A stretch of 63,831 nt of DNA, filler included, from Octopus bimaculoides (Eukaryota): assembly GCF_001194135.2 (NCBI RefSeq). It is 7 parts of 7 records of this genome, joined end to end, with 100 filler letters (N's around TTAATTAATTAA, not from the genome) between each part and the next. Parts side by side here need not be neighbours in the genome. Positions count along the whole stretch, not along the records: positions 26,436 to 55,831 come from NC_068982.1; 6 more parts are not named here. One strand, 5' to 3'. The position numbers and the translations under genes were made by a program. The notes under the pieces were generated by a model that worked only from the letters and a program-made list of their open reading frames with translations, made no database searches and had not been told where the DNA came from. Shown here one piece after another: positions 39,639 to 51,915 of the stretch (positions are counted from its first letter, which is position 1; every line of letters starts with the position of its first letter).

Positions 39639-39982
39639 GTCAAAATCTGAGGGCAATAAATGTGGAGCTGGGGATGTGGTGTAAACACCATTACTCACTG
39701 AATATTTTCTCATCATTATCACTACAAAAATCATTCATGTCATCTACAACAACAGGTCCCATATGTGTTGTGGGATAATGCTCCCAGGGTCGCAAAGATA
39801 AAAATCTTTCCATTTTGAAATGTTTTAGTTTAATAAAAAGGTCATATAGTTAAGAAGTTTACAGTGTAACCACATGCTTTTAGCATTGGCTCTCACAGAG
39901 AGTGGAAACAAGCCTTAAATTATGAGCACAAGCTGACCAATGTCTTGTGAATGGAATTAGTAAATAGAAACTGCACGAACCC

Positions 39983-40018
<36 letters not shown>

Positions 40019-40074
40019 TATATACATGCATATACATATATACATGCATACATACATACATACATGCATATATA

Positions 40075-40365
40075 TGAAGACACATGGCACAGTGGTTTAG
40101 GTGTTGTGCTCATGACTGCGAGATTGTGTGTTCGATTCCCAGACTGGGGCTTGCGCTGTGTTCTTGAGCAAAGCACTTTATTTCACGTTGCTCTATGATC
40201 ATTTCATCATCTGACATGTAGCACACATTGCACCTGTACAGGTAATGTTGATTTGATGGAGTGAGTGAGCTTATGTGTACACAAACATTTGATCACTATA
40301 AACAAATCATCTGTCTGGTTGTTCAGTATGGAATTGTCGAGCCCTCATATGTCATCTAACAATGG
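40075..40365 (+). mobile_element. tRNA-headed SINE (family 4)
   Basis: gcacagtggtttaggtgttgtgctcatgactgcgagattgtgtgttcgattcccagac...gttcttgagcaaagcactttatttc. Confidence 0.7.
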
Positions 40366-40447
40366 GAGAGTCCATCATCTATCTATCTATCTATCTATCT
40401 ATCTATGAATATATATATATATATGTATGTATATATATATATGTATG

Positions 40448-40488
<41 letters not shown>

Positions 40489-40490
<2 letters not shown>

Positions 40491-40943
40491 ACCGAGACCT
40501 TTGGAAATGTGCTGTGCATGAGAAGACCCGGCAAGCCAAGTAAGATCGTTGCCAGTGCCCCTGGACTGGTTCTTGTGCGGGTGGCACATGAGATGCACCA
40601 TCTTGAGCGTGGCCGTTGCCAGTACCGCCTGACTGGCTCCCGTAGGATTTTCGAGCGAGATCGTTGCCAGTGCCCCTGGACTGGCTTGTGCGGGNNNNNN
40701 NNNNNNNNNNNGGCACATAAAAGACACCATTTCGAGCGTGGCTGTTTTCGTGCGGGTGACACGTAAAAGCACCCACTACACTCTCTGAGTGGTTGGCGTT
40801 AGGAAGGGCATCCAGCTGTAGAAACTCTGCCAAATTAGACTGGAGCCTGGTGTTGCCATCCGGTTTCACCAGTCCTCAGTCAAATCGTCCAACCCATGCT
40901 AGCATGGAAAGCGGACGTTAAACGATGATGATGATGATGATGA
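40489..40943 (+). mobile_element. Young RTE-type LINE 3' end with internal ~27-bp repeats and (GAT)n tail
   Basis: DRDLWKCAVHEKTRQAK* then gatcgttgccagtgcccctggactgg twice plus a variant; tail ...cggacgttaaacgatgatgatg; near-identical tails at 48669-48881 and 55610-55831. Confidence 0.88.
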
Positions 40944-41300
40944 TATATATATAGTGAATAGTGAATAGATAAGGATACACTATCCATATGGGTACCGGTC
41001 AAGCACTTAGTTGTAATCCAAGTTAAGGCTAACCACAAAAGTTACATACATAAAACTTATCATTACTACATGCACTTAGTTTGCTTCAATCTATGACCTT
41101 GAATAAAGGTGCATAGACTAATCACTAGTTTATACTAACAGGATACAAATGCAATCAATTGATGTCTATGCAGCAGAAACATGTGTTGGGCAAATTTAAA
41201 TCAAATGTGCTGTAAATGACTGTAGAAATAATAATAAAAACAATTATGCAGGTGTACTAATCTCTGTATTCATTATATATGTATTGTGTGTGTGTGCGTG

Positions 41301-41360
<60 letters not shown>

Positions 41361-42349
41361 TTTCCATTGTGTGCTGGGTAAAAGAACAACGTCATCATTC
41401 ATACAAATAATGTCACTGTTTACAAATCTGCCTCCAAAACATGTCCTGGTATGGAGCTGTTAATTGCTCGAACGATTTGTGGAAATTTCACCTTGCATGG
41501 ACAGAAGTGAGGGTTAGCAACAGGTAGAGCGTCTGACCATAGAAAATCTGCCTCATGTTTCATTTGACCCATGCAATCTGGAAAAGTGGTTGACATATAT
41601 TGTTTTTATTCTTTTATTCTTTTATACGTTTTCTTATGTGATTGGCTTTTGGAGAAGGAGGGAGTTTGATACTACTGCCCTCTCTTGAGTTTCCTGCCTT
41701 GGTATATATCTTGCACAATAAGTCATAATGATAACGGTTATAACACCACAGAACGACATGTATTATGTATTAGGATCACCACAAGCATTTACTAGTCATA
41801 AAGTCCACAAGACAACATTAACTATAAACAAAAACAATTAAATATTTCCCCAAGGAATGTATCAAATGTTTAGTTGCCCGGCCTGCCAGAACTCTATCCT
41901 ATTCTATAACTTAAAAGAACTCTTCGACAATCATTCGGCTATTTTGACAGTGGTGTAAGGAAGGTGTGAGGTGTGAGGTGTGGGCTGAGTTGCATTGAAC
42001 TTGAATGAGAGGGGTAAGGTAGACGTTAAGTTACGGAATCTAAATTTGGAAATTTCCAAGCAGTGGGCGGGGCTTGGTAAAAGATGAAAATATAATATTA
42101 TGACGGATGCTGCATACATACATACATACATACACACACACGCACTCACACCAGTAAATACATCGTATTCACATGTAACTTTTAGAACGCTGAGGAAGAA
42201 AAAGAAAGGTGAATGTGAGAAATACGTAGCTTTAACGAGAGAGGGGGTTGTTAAGTTGACAACAGTTGTTCAAATACTGCGTTTCTGTTGTCCACCACGC
42301 ACGCACGCACGGACGCACGCACGCACGCACGCACACATACACACACACG

Positions 42350-42580
42350 CGCGGCGATCTGGCAGAAACGTTAGCACACCGGGCGAAATGCTTAGCGGTA
42401 TTTCGTCTGCCGCTATGTTCTGAGTTCAAATTCCGCCGAGGTCGACTTTGCCTTTCATCCTTTCGGGGTCGATTAAATAAGTACCAGTTACGCACTGGGG
42501 TCGGTATAATCGACTTAATCCGTTTGTCTGTCCTTGTTTGTCCCCTCTGTGTGTAGCCCCTTGTGGGTAGTAAAGAAATA
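42350..42580 (+). mobile_element. Young family-2 SINE
   Basis: Full body ggcgatctggcagaaacgttagc...gtagtaaagaaata, flanked by acacacg. Confidence 0.92.
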
Positions 42581-42984
42581 ACACACGTGACATTTTAAAA
42601 ACCCAAATGAAGAAGGGTCAGGGATATTTGAGANNNNNNNNNNNNNNNNNNNNNNNNNNNNNNNNNNNNNNNNNNNNNNNNNNNNNNNNNNNNNNNNNNN
42701 NNNNNNNNNNNNNNNNNNNNNNNNNNNNNNNNNNNNNNNNNNNNNNNNNNNNNNNNNNNNNNNNNNNNNNNNNNNNNNNNNNNNNNNNNNNNNNNNNNNN
42801 NNNNNNNNNNNNNNNNNNNNNNNNNNNNNNNNNNNNNNNNNNNNNNNNNNNNNNNNNNNNNNNNNNNNNNNNNNNNNNNNNNNNNNNNNNNNNNNNNNNN
42901 NNNNNNNNNNNNNNNNNNNNNNNNNNNNNNNACACCTACTTGGCAGTAACGCTGTGAAGGAAGTTTCTTGTTTCAGCCATCATC

Positions 42985-43212
42985 CATTCTTAAGAGAGTC
43001 TTGCAGATTTAGCAGTGCATGCCATCAAAGTGACACTGGGGTAAAATATATGAAGCCCATTATACCCATCATGACTACCCGTCTGATAAGGGTACACCAG
43101 GCACATGCATCACAACCATATGTGCGCGACATGGTGATCTTATATCAAGATAAACAGCGCATGACCTCGCAGGTGGGGGCCCAGTTAGAATTTTCTTCAG
43201 GTCGAATAGCCC
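42985..43212 (+). repeat. Repeat family X copy
   Basis: gcagtgcatgccatcaaagtgacact...cccatcatgactacccgtctgataagggtacaccaggcac. Confidence 0.8.
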
Positions 43213-43231
43213 ATGTATGTATGTATGTATG

Positions 43232-43389
43232 CAGGGCCAGGCCTCGGGTTGCTGGCGCCCCGGGCCAGCTGAACTTCGGCGTGTACAAGCTGACGGTCGT
43301 GGAAATTTTCTTGTCTTTTTTTACGCCCTCCTCGGCGCTCCCTAGCACATGGCGACTGTCCGAGTTGCCGGTACCTTGAACCGGCCCTG
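43232..43389. mobile_element. 158-bp GC-rich hAT-type MITE
   Basis: Ends CAGGGCC.../...CCGGCCCTG; 8-bp flanks tatgtatg on both sides (43224-31, 43390-97). Confidence 0.75.
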
Positions 43390-43576
43390 TATGTATGTGT
43401 GTGTGTGAGAAAATGTGAGAATGTTTAGTTGCCCGACCTGCTAGAAATAACAGCCAGATCTCACTCACTGTCACATTTTAACATTTTATGGAGAGGACGC
43501 ACTGGGTAAGATGGAAAAAATACAGCCACGCACATATATATGCGTGCCCTATAAAAGCGCTTTGTATTTTTCTCTC

Positions 43577-43622
<46 letters not shown>

Positions 43623-43632
43623 NNNNNNNNNN

Positions 43633-43664
<32 letters not shown>

Positions 43665-43789
43665 TTTTTTAATACTCCTCCCTGTTTTCCTATTTGCATC
43701 TCATTCTCTCTCACTGTACTTTTCCCGTCTCTCTTTGTTGTTCCTCTCACTATTTCCTTTCGTCTCCCAGCTCTCTCTCCCTTACATAA

Positions 43790-44310
43790 CGCTATTTGAC
43801 AGACAACATTTATCGTATGTGCATTTACGAGATGGCGTTAATAAACGATATTACAGAGTCAGTCTTACAGGAAACAGTAGATATGTGCATGAGAGGACAC
43901 AAAATGCTATGACTTATATACGTAATTATGGAATGGACTTCTTGATCTTTTCTTCATTTTCACTTGCAATCCTAAATGGGACAAAATCTAAGCAGAGATT
44001 TTTCCAGGGCAGTTCTATGCCAACACACACGATGTAATTTCAGAACTGTGATTTAGGGGATCCAGTTTCAACATGGCTAAAATCATCTGGTAGAAGATTA
44101 TAAATACCACGTTCGGTTGCAATGTTCTGGCAGGAATATAGAACACACTGATGGAATCTACAACGCAACATTAACTACAATTGAAAGTAAAATTATTTCT
44201 ATGAAATGGGTGAATTGCATGAATATAGTCTTCCTCAAAGCAATTGTTCTGAAGTTAATAGTTTAAAAAAGAAACTTCTTACAGCATTAGAAGACCTTTC
44301 AAAATATGTT
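43790..44310 (+). mobile_element. Helitron Rep fragment (pseudogenised)
   Basis: TGNSRYVHERTQNAMTYIRNYG then, after a frameshift, LDLFFIFTCNPKWDKI*AEIFPGQ (Helitron Rep motif DLFITFTCNPKW). Confidence 0.85.
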
Positions 44311-44319
44311 CATGTAAAC

Positions 44320-45175
44320 CAGTGGTTCTCAATTGGGGTTCATAATGCCCTTAGGGGTTCATATAAGATTTTGTTAAAATTTATGGGTAATAAATTTCTT
44401 ATAATTCCACAATACACAATATAAAAATTTTTTTTGTGACTGTGTGGTAAATAGCTTGCTTACCAACCACATGGTTCCGGATTCAGTCCCACTGCGTGGC
44501 ACCTTGGGGAAGTGTCTTCTACTATAGCCTCGAGCCGACCGAAGCCTTGTGAGTGGACTTGGTAGACGGAAACTGAAAGAAGCCCATCGTATATATGTAT
44601 GTATGTATATATGTATATATATATGTGCTTGTGCCTTTCTCCCAGAGAGTGAGAGAGGAATANNNNNNNNNNNNNNNNNNNNNNNNNNNNNNNNNNNNNN
44701 NNNNNNNNNNNNNNNNNNNNNNNNNNNNNNNNNNNNNNNNNNNNNNNNNNNNNNNNNNNNNNNNNNNNNNNNNNNNNNNNNNNNNATATATATATATATA
44801 TATATATACACATGTGTGTGTATATGTTTGTATGTCTGTATTTGTCCCCCCAACATCGCTTGACAACCGATGCTGGTGTGTTTATGTCCCCAGTAACTTA
44901 GCGGTTCGGCAAAAAGAGACCGATAGAATAAGTACTAGGCTTACATAGAATAAGTCCTGGGGTCGATTTGCTCGACTAAAGGCGGTGCTCCAGCATGGCC
45001 ACATTCAAATGACTGAAACAAGTAAAAGAGTAAAAGAGCAATTCCAAATAATATTTAATTATAAAAATGCAGTAGGATGGGATTTTTTTTACACAAATCA
45101 AATGGCTAAGCAGTCCAGTAGAGTAAAATAGGATTTAAAGGGAGTCCATAAGTAAAAAATGGTTGAGAACCACTA
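44320..45175. mobile_element. hAT (Charlie-like) element with SINE insertion
   Basis: TIR cagtggttctcaa / ttgagaaccacta; perfect 8-bp TSD ATGTAAAC (44312-19, 45176-83). Confidence 0.9.
44436..45038 (+). mobile_element. Full-length OR-like SINE (gap inside) nested in the hAT element
   Basis: Head ctgtgtggtaaatagcttgcttaccaaccacatggttccggattc to tail gactgaaacaagtaaaagagtaaaagag. Confidence 0.9.
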
Positions 45176-45268
45176 ATGTAAACAAACCCAAATTATTGTA
45201 TAAATAAAGAGTATTTAAAAGGGCCATATTTAAAAGGGCTTTTTTTTTTTATTATCGAAGGAGAGGAC

Positions 45269-45500
45269 TTTTTTCTTGATGCGGCTGGCAAAATATTTGT
45301 CATTAAGCTGTTACTTGCCGATGTTTGACAACAGGCAAAAATATCTTTGGCTATAGCTTCTTCAAGTATTGCTGCCATGTCACCTCTGTGTGGACAAACA
45401 GCTCATTCTACTTTCAGACTAACCTTAAATTTAGCTAACAATGATATACCAATTTGTAATATTAGGTAAAATATCTGGGATGTTATAGTTGCATGTGTGT
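45269..45500 (+). mobile_element. Helitron PIF1-type helicase fragment (pseudogenised)
   Basis: FFLDAAGKIFVIKLLLADV*QQAKISLAIASSSIAAMSPLCGQTAHSTFRL (motif I with GGTGKT partly deleted, motif Ia ASSGIAA..GG.TAHS.F.L). Confidence 0.85.
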
Positions 45501-45663
45501 ATATAGATACTAAGAAAATGTCATCTCATTGTTTGAGATGAGTGTACGATGGCAAACAAAAAANNNNNNNNNNNNNNNNNNNNNNNNNNNNNNNNNNNNN
45601 NNNNNNNNNNNNNNNNNNNNNNNNNNNNNNNNNNNNNNNNNNNNNNNNNNNNNNNNNNNNNNN

Positions 45664-46075
45664 CCATCATGACTACCCGTCTGATAAGGGTACACCAGGC
45701 ACATGCACCACAAACATTTGTGTGCAACATGGTGATCTCATATCAAGATAAACAGTGCATGGCCTCGTGGATGGGGCCCAGTTAGAGTTTTTTTCATGTT
45801 GAGTAGCCCATCCCACTCAAAGAGTCCCTAAATAGGTGTTGTTTAAGGTTGTGGAACAAAACACCCATGTTTCCAGAGGTGAAGTATTTAAATCCCAAAG
45901 AATTCCTCTCAGCATATGGCTATGATGCTCCCCCAATACTTCTGCATGGGATCAGAGATGCACATATCATCAGCCATCAAGGGACATGCTCAGCTGGTTA
46001 AGGTCAAACAAATGACAAGCAAATCTGTGGTATTAAGCAGAATATTTGCTGTAGCCCATCTTTTATACCAAAGAC
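45664..46075 (+). repeat. Repeat family X copy
   Basis: Aligns to 6095-6460 over ~400 bp. Confidence 0.8.
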
Positions 46076-46162
46076 AAAACAATGTACATGACAACATTTC
46101 CAATCAGTTAAGATCAAAAGCCACAAGAGGTAGTGCCTGATACTGCATCAGGACATTTATTA

Positions 46163-46221
<59 letters not shown>

Positions 46222-46331
46222 GTCATCATCATCATTATTATTATTGTTATTACTATCATTAAGGTAGCGAGCTGGCAGAATCCAACAAAGATACAAGGCT
46301 TCATCTTAGGGATGTAGTTAACACATACAAA

Positions 46332-46890
46332 TCACATTTGGAACTTCAGAAAAGTCTTGCATATTTTTACTGTTCCATTCACAGATTGCACTTGTAATGT
46401 ATGAATCAGCCAATCAATTTCTCTTTCTGAAAATCCTAGTTTATCCAGATTCTCCTTTAAGCATTTACTAACAAAACCTAGTAATCCAATTATTATTGGT
46501 ATGAATATGAATTCATAGTCNNNNNNNNNNCTAACAAAACCTAGTAATCCAATTATTATTGGTATGAATATGAATTCATAGTCTGGATATAGAAACTGGA
46601 GGTTTTGAAGCAGTTGTCCATAGATATCCTCTTTTACTCTGATTTTCAAAGGAATATTTATATCTGCTGGGCAGCAAATCTCTATGATGGTACATATCTT
46701 TGCCCTTCTGTCCCAGACAACAGTATCTGGCCTGTTATGCTTACATTTGAAAGAGGTTTTGATGGGAATATTCCACCAGTTTTCCTTGAGTTGGTGTTTA
46801 TGAATGTATTCCATAACAGAGGGATTTTCTATGTTTATTTCAGGACAGACATTTTTGTGGATGGCATTGTAAATTGTTTTAGCAACATCA
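46332..46890 (-). mobile_element. RLE-type non-LTR retrotransposon endonuclease C-terminus (family distinct from the other Dong-like copies)
   Basis: Open frame: WWNIPIKTSFKCKHNRPDTVVWDRRAKICTIIEICCPADINI..KEDIYG...PIIIGLLG...GTVKICKTFLKF* (PD..(D/E)..K REL motif). Confidence 0.85.
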
Positions 46891-46899
46891 ATATGTGTG

Positions 46900-46933
<34 letters not shown>

Positions 46934-47118
46934 TGTATGTATGTATGTATGTATGTATGTATGTATGTATGTTATCAATCAGTTTCATTTCTGTATTTCT
47001 TGTCAATAGAGAAAGAGCCGGACTCTAACATAGATTCAAGGCTCCTTCATAGGAACTTTTATCAACATCATCTAGGTATTTGTGCATATGTGTGTGTGTG
47101 TGTGTGCAGTATGTATAC

Positions 47119-47149
<31 letters not shown>

Positions 47150-47246
47150 TGCATGCATGTTTTTCAGAGGGTAACAAGTTCAAGGAAGCTATGTCTGTCT
47201 GGCCACTGACATTAAATAATTCAAAGCTAAGTCTGAGAGTGATTAA

Positions 47247-47836
47247 CCCTTTAGCACTTAGATTATTTTGTCAAGTGTAATGCTTATTTATTCATATTGT
47301 TTTGAATTAATATTGAATTAGCTTGTAGTGAGATCACAGCCGTAGCCTACACCAGTGTTGCATAACCAGCCCATCTAAAAAGTATCTCTGAATTATCGGG
47401 CGACATGCTGTGCTTTAGGCAATGTATTGAGTCAAGTAAAATCAAATTCAAAATCAAATCAAATCACAATCAAATGGAAATTGTAGTTGTGGCTGATGCC
47501 AGTGCCACCTGATTGGCTCCTGTACCAGTGGCATGTAAAAAGCACCCACTACACTCTCGGAGTGGTTAGCGTTAGGAAGGGCATCCAGCTGTAAAAAACA
47601 TTGCCAGATCAGATTGGAGCCTGGTGTGGCCTCCTGGCTTGCCAGTTCCCAGTCACACCAAACAACTCATACCAGCCTGGAAAACGGATTTTAAATGATG
47701 AAGATGATGATAATGATGATTGTTTGTTTTTACAATGGCATTGTAGGTTAGATGCAAGAGGCTGAATCTACTCAGCCTGAATGTAAAACAGCTAGAATAT
47801 TTTGGGCCAGATTTGGCTAGTTTCAATGCTAATGAG
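47247..47836. mobile_element. TTAA-flanked (piggyBac-like) MITE interrupted by an RTE tail (47335-47712)
   Basis: TTAA|ccctttagcact ... aatgctaatgag|ttga; inserted block carries gttaggaagggcatccagctgt and a (GAT)n tail. Confidence 0.65.
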
Positions 47837-47902
47837 TTGAACATTTTTCCCTAATCATTAGTTTGATAAAATATTTTCAGCCAAATAAATGGTTATGTTG
47901 TT

Positions 47903-47976
47903 GTTACAATTGGGGATTGGTCATGTTTTGCCAATTAAAGATATGCACTATATATTTGGTTTTCACTTCAACTTTA

Positions 47977-47990
<14 letters not shown>
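47903..47990 (-). repeat. Terminal fragment of the fold-back family
   Basis: ttgttacaattggggattggtcatgttttgccaattaaagatatgcactatatatttggttttcacttca matches 28509-28580. Confidence 0.7.
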
Positions 47991-48035
<45 letters not shown>

Positions 48036-48668
48036 TCTTGGCTCTTTCTTTTTAACTCCCACTATTTCCCACTCGTTTACCTCCCCTGTACCTTTCTCTT
48101 TATCTCTGATTCTTTTCTAATCCTTCAATCTCGCTGTCCCCTACCCATCTCTCCTCCTTCCATGTGACTGGTGTCCAACCAGCCATGATCTTTCTTTCTT
48201 GGCCTGACTGCCGACTGCCAACACCTCTTATGTCCATCTCCTATGTTCCTGCCTTTAGGCTTTCACTTCATACATGCCAGCTCAATTTGATTCGTTCTCA
48301 ATCAAAAGATACCTGTTGTTATTTTCTTCTTGCTTGTATTCGTAATTATATACCATGCTTTCCGTTTTTGTCCTTTTGTGTACCATGTTCTCCAATTTTT
48401 GTCTTTGTTGCTGTACACATTCGCAAACTTTCTTACAAAGGAGTCTAATGCTTTTAGCTTAGACTTTTTTGGGGGCAACCAGATTGAACCGTCTCAAGTG
48501 TAACTGCCCGAAATGGTCATGACTTCTGGTACTTGACTGAGGAAAGAAGACCATGAATGACCCATCGTTTTTTGCCTGTCCTTCTAATTGTTGTTTCTCT
48601 TGTCTGCCTTTGTATCGTCTATCTGTCCGAATGTTTTATTGTCCGCTTTTGTGTTTCTGTTCCATCTA

Positions 48669-48881
48669 TGGCCGTTGCCAATACCGCCTGACTGGCCTTC
48701 GTGTGGGTGACACGTAAAAGCACCCACTACACTCTCTGAGTGGTTGGCGTTAGGAAGGGCATCCAACTGTAGAAACTCTGCCAAATCAGATTGGAGCCTG
48801 GTGTAGCCATCTGGTTTCACCAGTCCTCAGTCAAATCGTCCAACCCATGCTAGCATGGAAAGCGGACGTTAAACGATGATG
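48669..48881 (+). mobile_element. RTE-type 3' tail
   Basis: Near-identical to 40740-40930. Confidence 0.88.
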
Positions 48882-49526
48882 NNNNNNNNNNNNNNNNNNN
48901 NNNNNNNNNNNNNNNNNNNNNNNNNNNNNNNNNNNNNNNNNNNNNNNNNNNNNNNNNNNNNNNNNNNNNNNNNNNNNNNNNNNNNNNNNNNNNNNNNNNN
49001 NNNNNNNNNNNNNNNNNNNNNNNNNNNNNNNNNNNNNNNNNNNNNNNNNNNNNNNNNNNNNNNNNNNNNNNNNNNNNNNNNNNNNNNNNNNNNNNNNNNN
49101 NNNNNNNNNNNNNNNNNNNNNNNNNNNNNNNNNNNNNNNNNNNNNNNNNNNNNNNNNNNNNNNNNNNNNNNNNNNNNNNNNNNNNNNNNNNNNNNNNNNN
49201 NNNNNNNNNNNNNNNNNNNNNNNNNNNNNNNNNNNNNNNNNNNNNNNNNNNNNNNNNNNNNNNNNNNNNNNNNNNNNNNNNNNNNNNNNNNNNNNNNNNN
49301 NNNNNNNNNNNNNNNNNNNNNNNNNNNNNNNNNNNNNNNNNNNNNNNNNNNNNNNNNNNNNNNNNNNNNNNNNNNNNNNNNNNNNNNNNNNNNNNNNNNN
49401 NNNNNNNNNNNNNNNNNNNNNNNNNNNNNNNNNNNNNNNNNNNNNNNNNNNNNNCATACACATATATATATATGCACATACATACATACACTTACATACA
49501 TATACATACATACTAACAGACAGACT

Positions 49527-49563
<37 letters not shown>

Positions 49564-50116
49564 ATAGGGGTATTACAGATGCTATTGTTTATTTCTTCTG
49601 TTTAGTTTGACATTTCATGGTGTCTGGGGAAGATGGAAAAGAGTGAGTAAAAGTAAAAAATAAAATTATATCAGACCTGTTATCACAACTCATTACAAAT
49701 GAGATTTCGAAACATTCTTGATAGTTTACTAGTTGAGAGGAACATAAACCATTGCAATGCTATTAGGATATATATAGAAAAAAAGCAGCATCTCTGTGAA
49801 CCGACATATAAAGCAGAATGATCCAATCTTGGATAGGATACTGGATATTTGCATATAAATGTAACACTATCTCAGATATGCAAGCAGTATTTCACTAGCC
49901 AAGCAGCTGATCTTTTAGGACTATTTTTCTGGCTTTGATTGGGGAGGTTTGATCTGTGGGGCACCAATGAGATATCACCAATGGTTGTTCTTGATAGTGT
50001 GATAGTGACTTTGAGGGATTAGAATGTATTTATTACTGCATCAGGAAGCTGTAGTGACACAAAATTGCTTATTTGTTATGTATAATAGTTACGTTTTGGT
50101 ACATGTTCATACACAG

Positions 50117-50147
<31 letters not shown>

Positions 50148-50259
50148 TGTATGTATGTATGTATGTGTGTATGTATGTATGTATGTATGTATGCATGTAT
50201 GTATGTATGTGTGCATGTATGTATGTATGCATGTATGCATGTATGTGTATATATGTATA

Positions 50260-50297
<38 letters not shown>

Positions 50298-50874
50298 ACA
50301 AGAATAAGGGCAGGGAATCGTCAATTAATAATAGAATTAATAATTAACAATTTTGCCAAGTAGTTCAGTATGAAAAAACCTTTATCGGTAAAACCATTTA
50401 TNNNNNNNNNNNNNNNNNNNNNNNNNNNNNNNNNNNNNNNNNNNNNNNNNNNNNNNNNNNNNNNNNNNNNNNNNNNNNNNNNNNNNNNNNNNNNNNNNNN
50501 NNNNNNNNNNNNNNNNNNNNNNNNNNNNNNNNNNNNNNNNNNNNNNNNNNNNNNNNNNNNNNNNNNNNNNNNNNNNNNNNNNNNNNNNNNNNNNNNNNNN
50601 NNNNNNNNNNNNNNNNNNNNNNNNNNNNNNNNNNNNNNNNNNNNNNNNATTTCCCTATTCCAAATCATCAGTCCGATATTCTGATAAATTTGAAAGTGTC
50701 TCTAAAAAAATTCACGGTAATTTTTGGCCATGCGACACCAATATGTGTGCCATAAATATCGCCATCCATTTAGAGAAAAATTTGTAGTTTAGAATCAGTA
50801 GTTCTTTGACTGCTATTTCTAAATTTTCAGTATGTTGGAGAAGCAACTCAATGCTAATCCCTGTATATTTATGA

Positions 50875-50961
<87 letters not shown>

Positions 50962-51119
50962 AAAAGAGAGAGAGAGACACACACATACACACACACAAAC
51001 ACACACATACATAAACATACATGCGTATGTAAACATACATACATATATGCATATATACACATATATATACAAATATATGTAGAATATATACATACATATT
51101 TATCATCACCATCACCACC

Positions 51120-51179
<60 letters not shown>

Positions 51180-51181
<2 letters not shown>

Positions 51182-51425
51182 TGTCCTCAGATTGACACCC
51201 AAACATTATCAAATGTTGGTATTAGAGGTTCCAGCGTGAATGCCAATCAGTACAGCATGTTGTTTTCAAATTTCTGGCAGAGTGAATTGCATCAGAGTGC
51301 TGTTTTCTCACAGATGGTGCCCAACTGACCCTACTATACTGTGTAGTCAACAAAATCAAAAACAAATGATACACATGCTTGAAATTAAAAATATAAAATG
51401 GTGACAATTTATCCATTGTACCTTG
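51180..51425 (-). mobile_element. Tc1/mariner left end with start of transposase (decayed)
   Basis: TA|caagg terminus at 51427-51421; minus frame LMQFTLPEI*KQHAVLIGIHAGTSNTNI**CLGVNLRT resembles a transposase N-terminal HTH. Confidence 0.45.
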
Positions 51426-51724
51426 TACATACATATACATACATACATATACATACATACATATATATATAAGCACATGCATATACACACACACTTACAC
51501 ACACACTTACACACACATGCACATACAACCATACTTATATATATTTACATATATATATACACACACACACATATATATTGCTGTGGTTAGTGTTAGGAAG
51601 GCATCCAGCCAGAAAAGCCCTGCCAAAACAGACATTGAATTCTGGTGCAGTCTTCTGCCTAACCAGCCCTGATAGCAAAAGGGGCTCAGATACCTGGAAA
51701 CCCCAAAATGGCAGAAATTCAAAA

Positions 51725-51915
51725 GATAGTGCTCATGGGAACTGCTCATATCGTATGTAAAATACTGTCTGCGTAATCTCAAATTTTAAAACAAACTTAT
51801 AAGTTTCTTATGATTTCTTAGACATTCTCTAGAACAATACTTTGTGCAAAACCAAATATATGGCACTCTAGTCATAACACCAACTTGAACTTCTAACCTG
51901 TTGTCTCTTGAGTTT
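51725..51915 (-). repeat. Repeat family Y copy
   Basis: Reverse complement aligns to 9105-9274. Confidence 0.75.

Noticed and set aside
43545-43560. TATA-like CTATAAAAG
   Set aside because: Isolated motif between TEs and a (CT)n array; expected by chance in AT-rich DNA.
46458-46583. Apparent in-frame duplication DYEFIFIPIIIGLLGFV in the RLE ORF
   Set aside because: An identical ~53-bp sequence flanks a 10-N gap; typical overlap of unmerged contigs.
49919-50000. DYFSGFDWGGL after an AG, resembling an AGC-kinase C-terminal tail
   Set aside because: Short match only; no other kinase exons seen.
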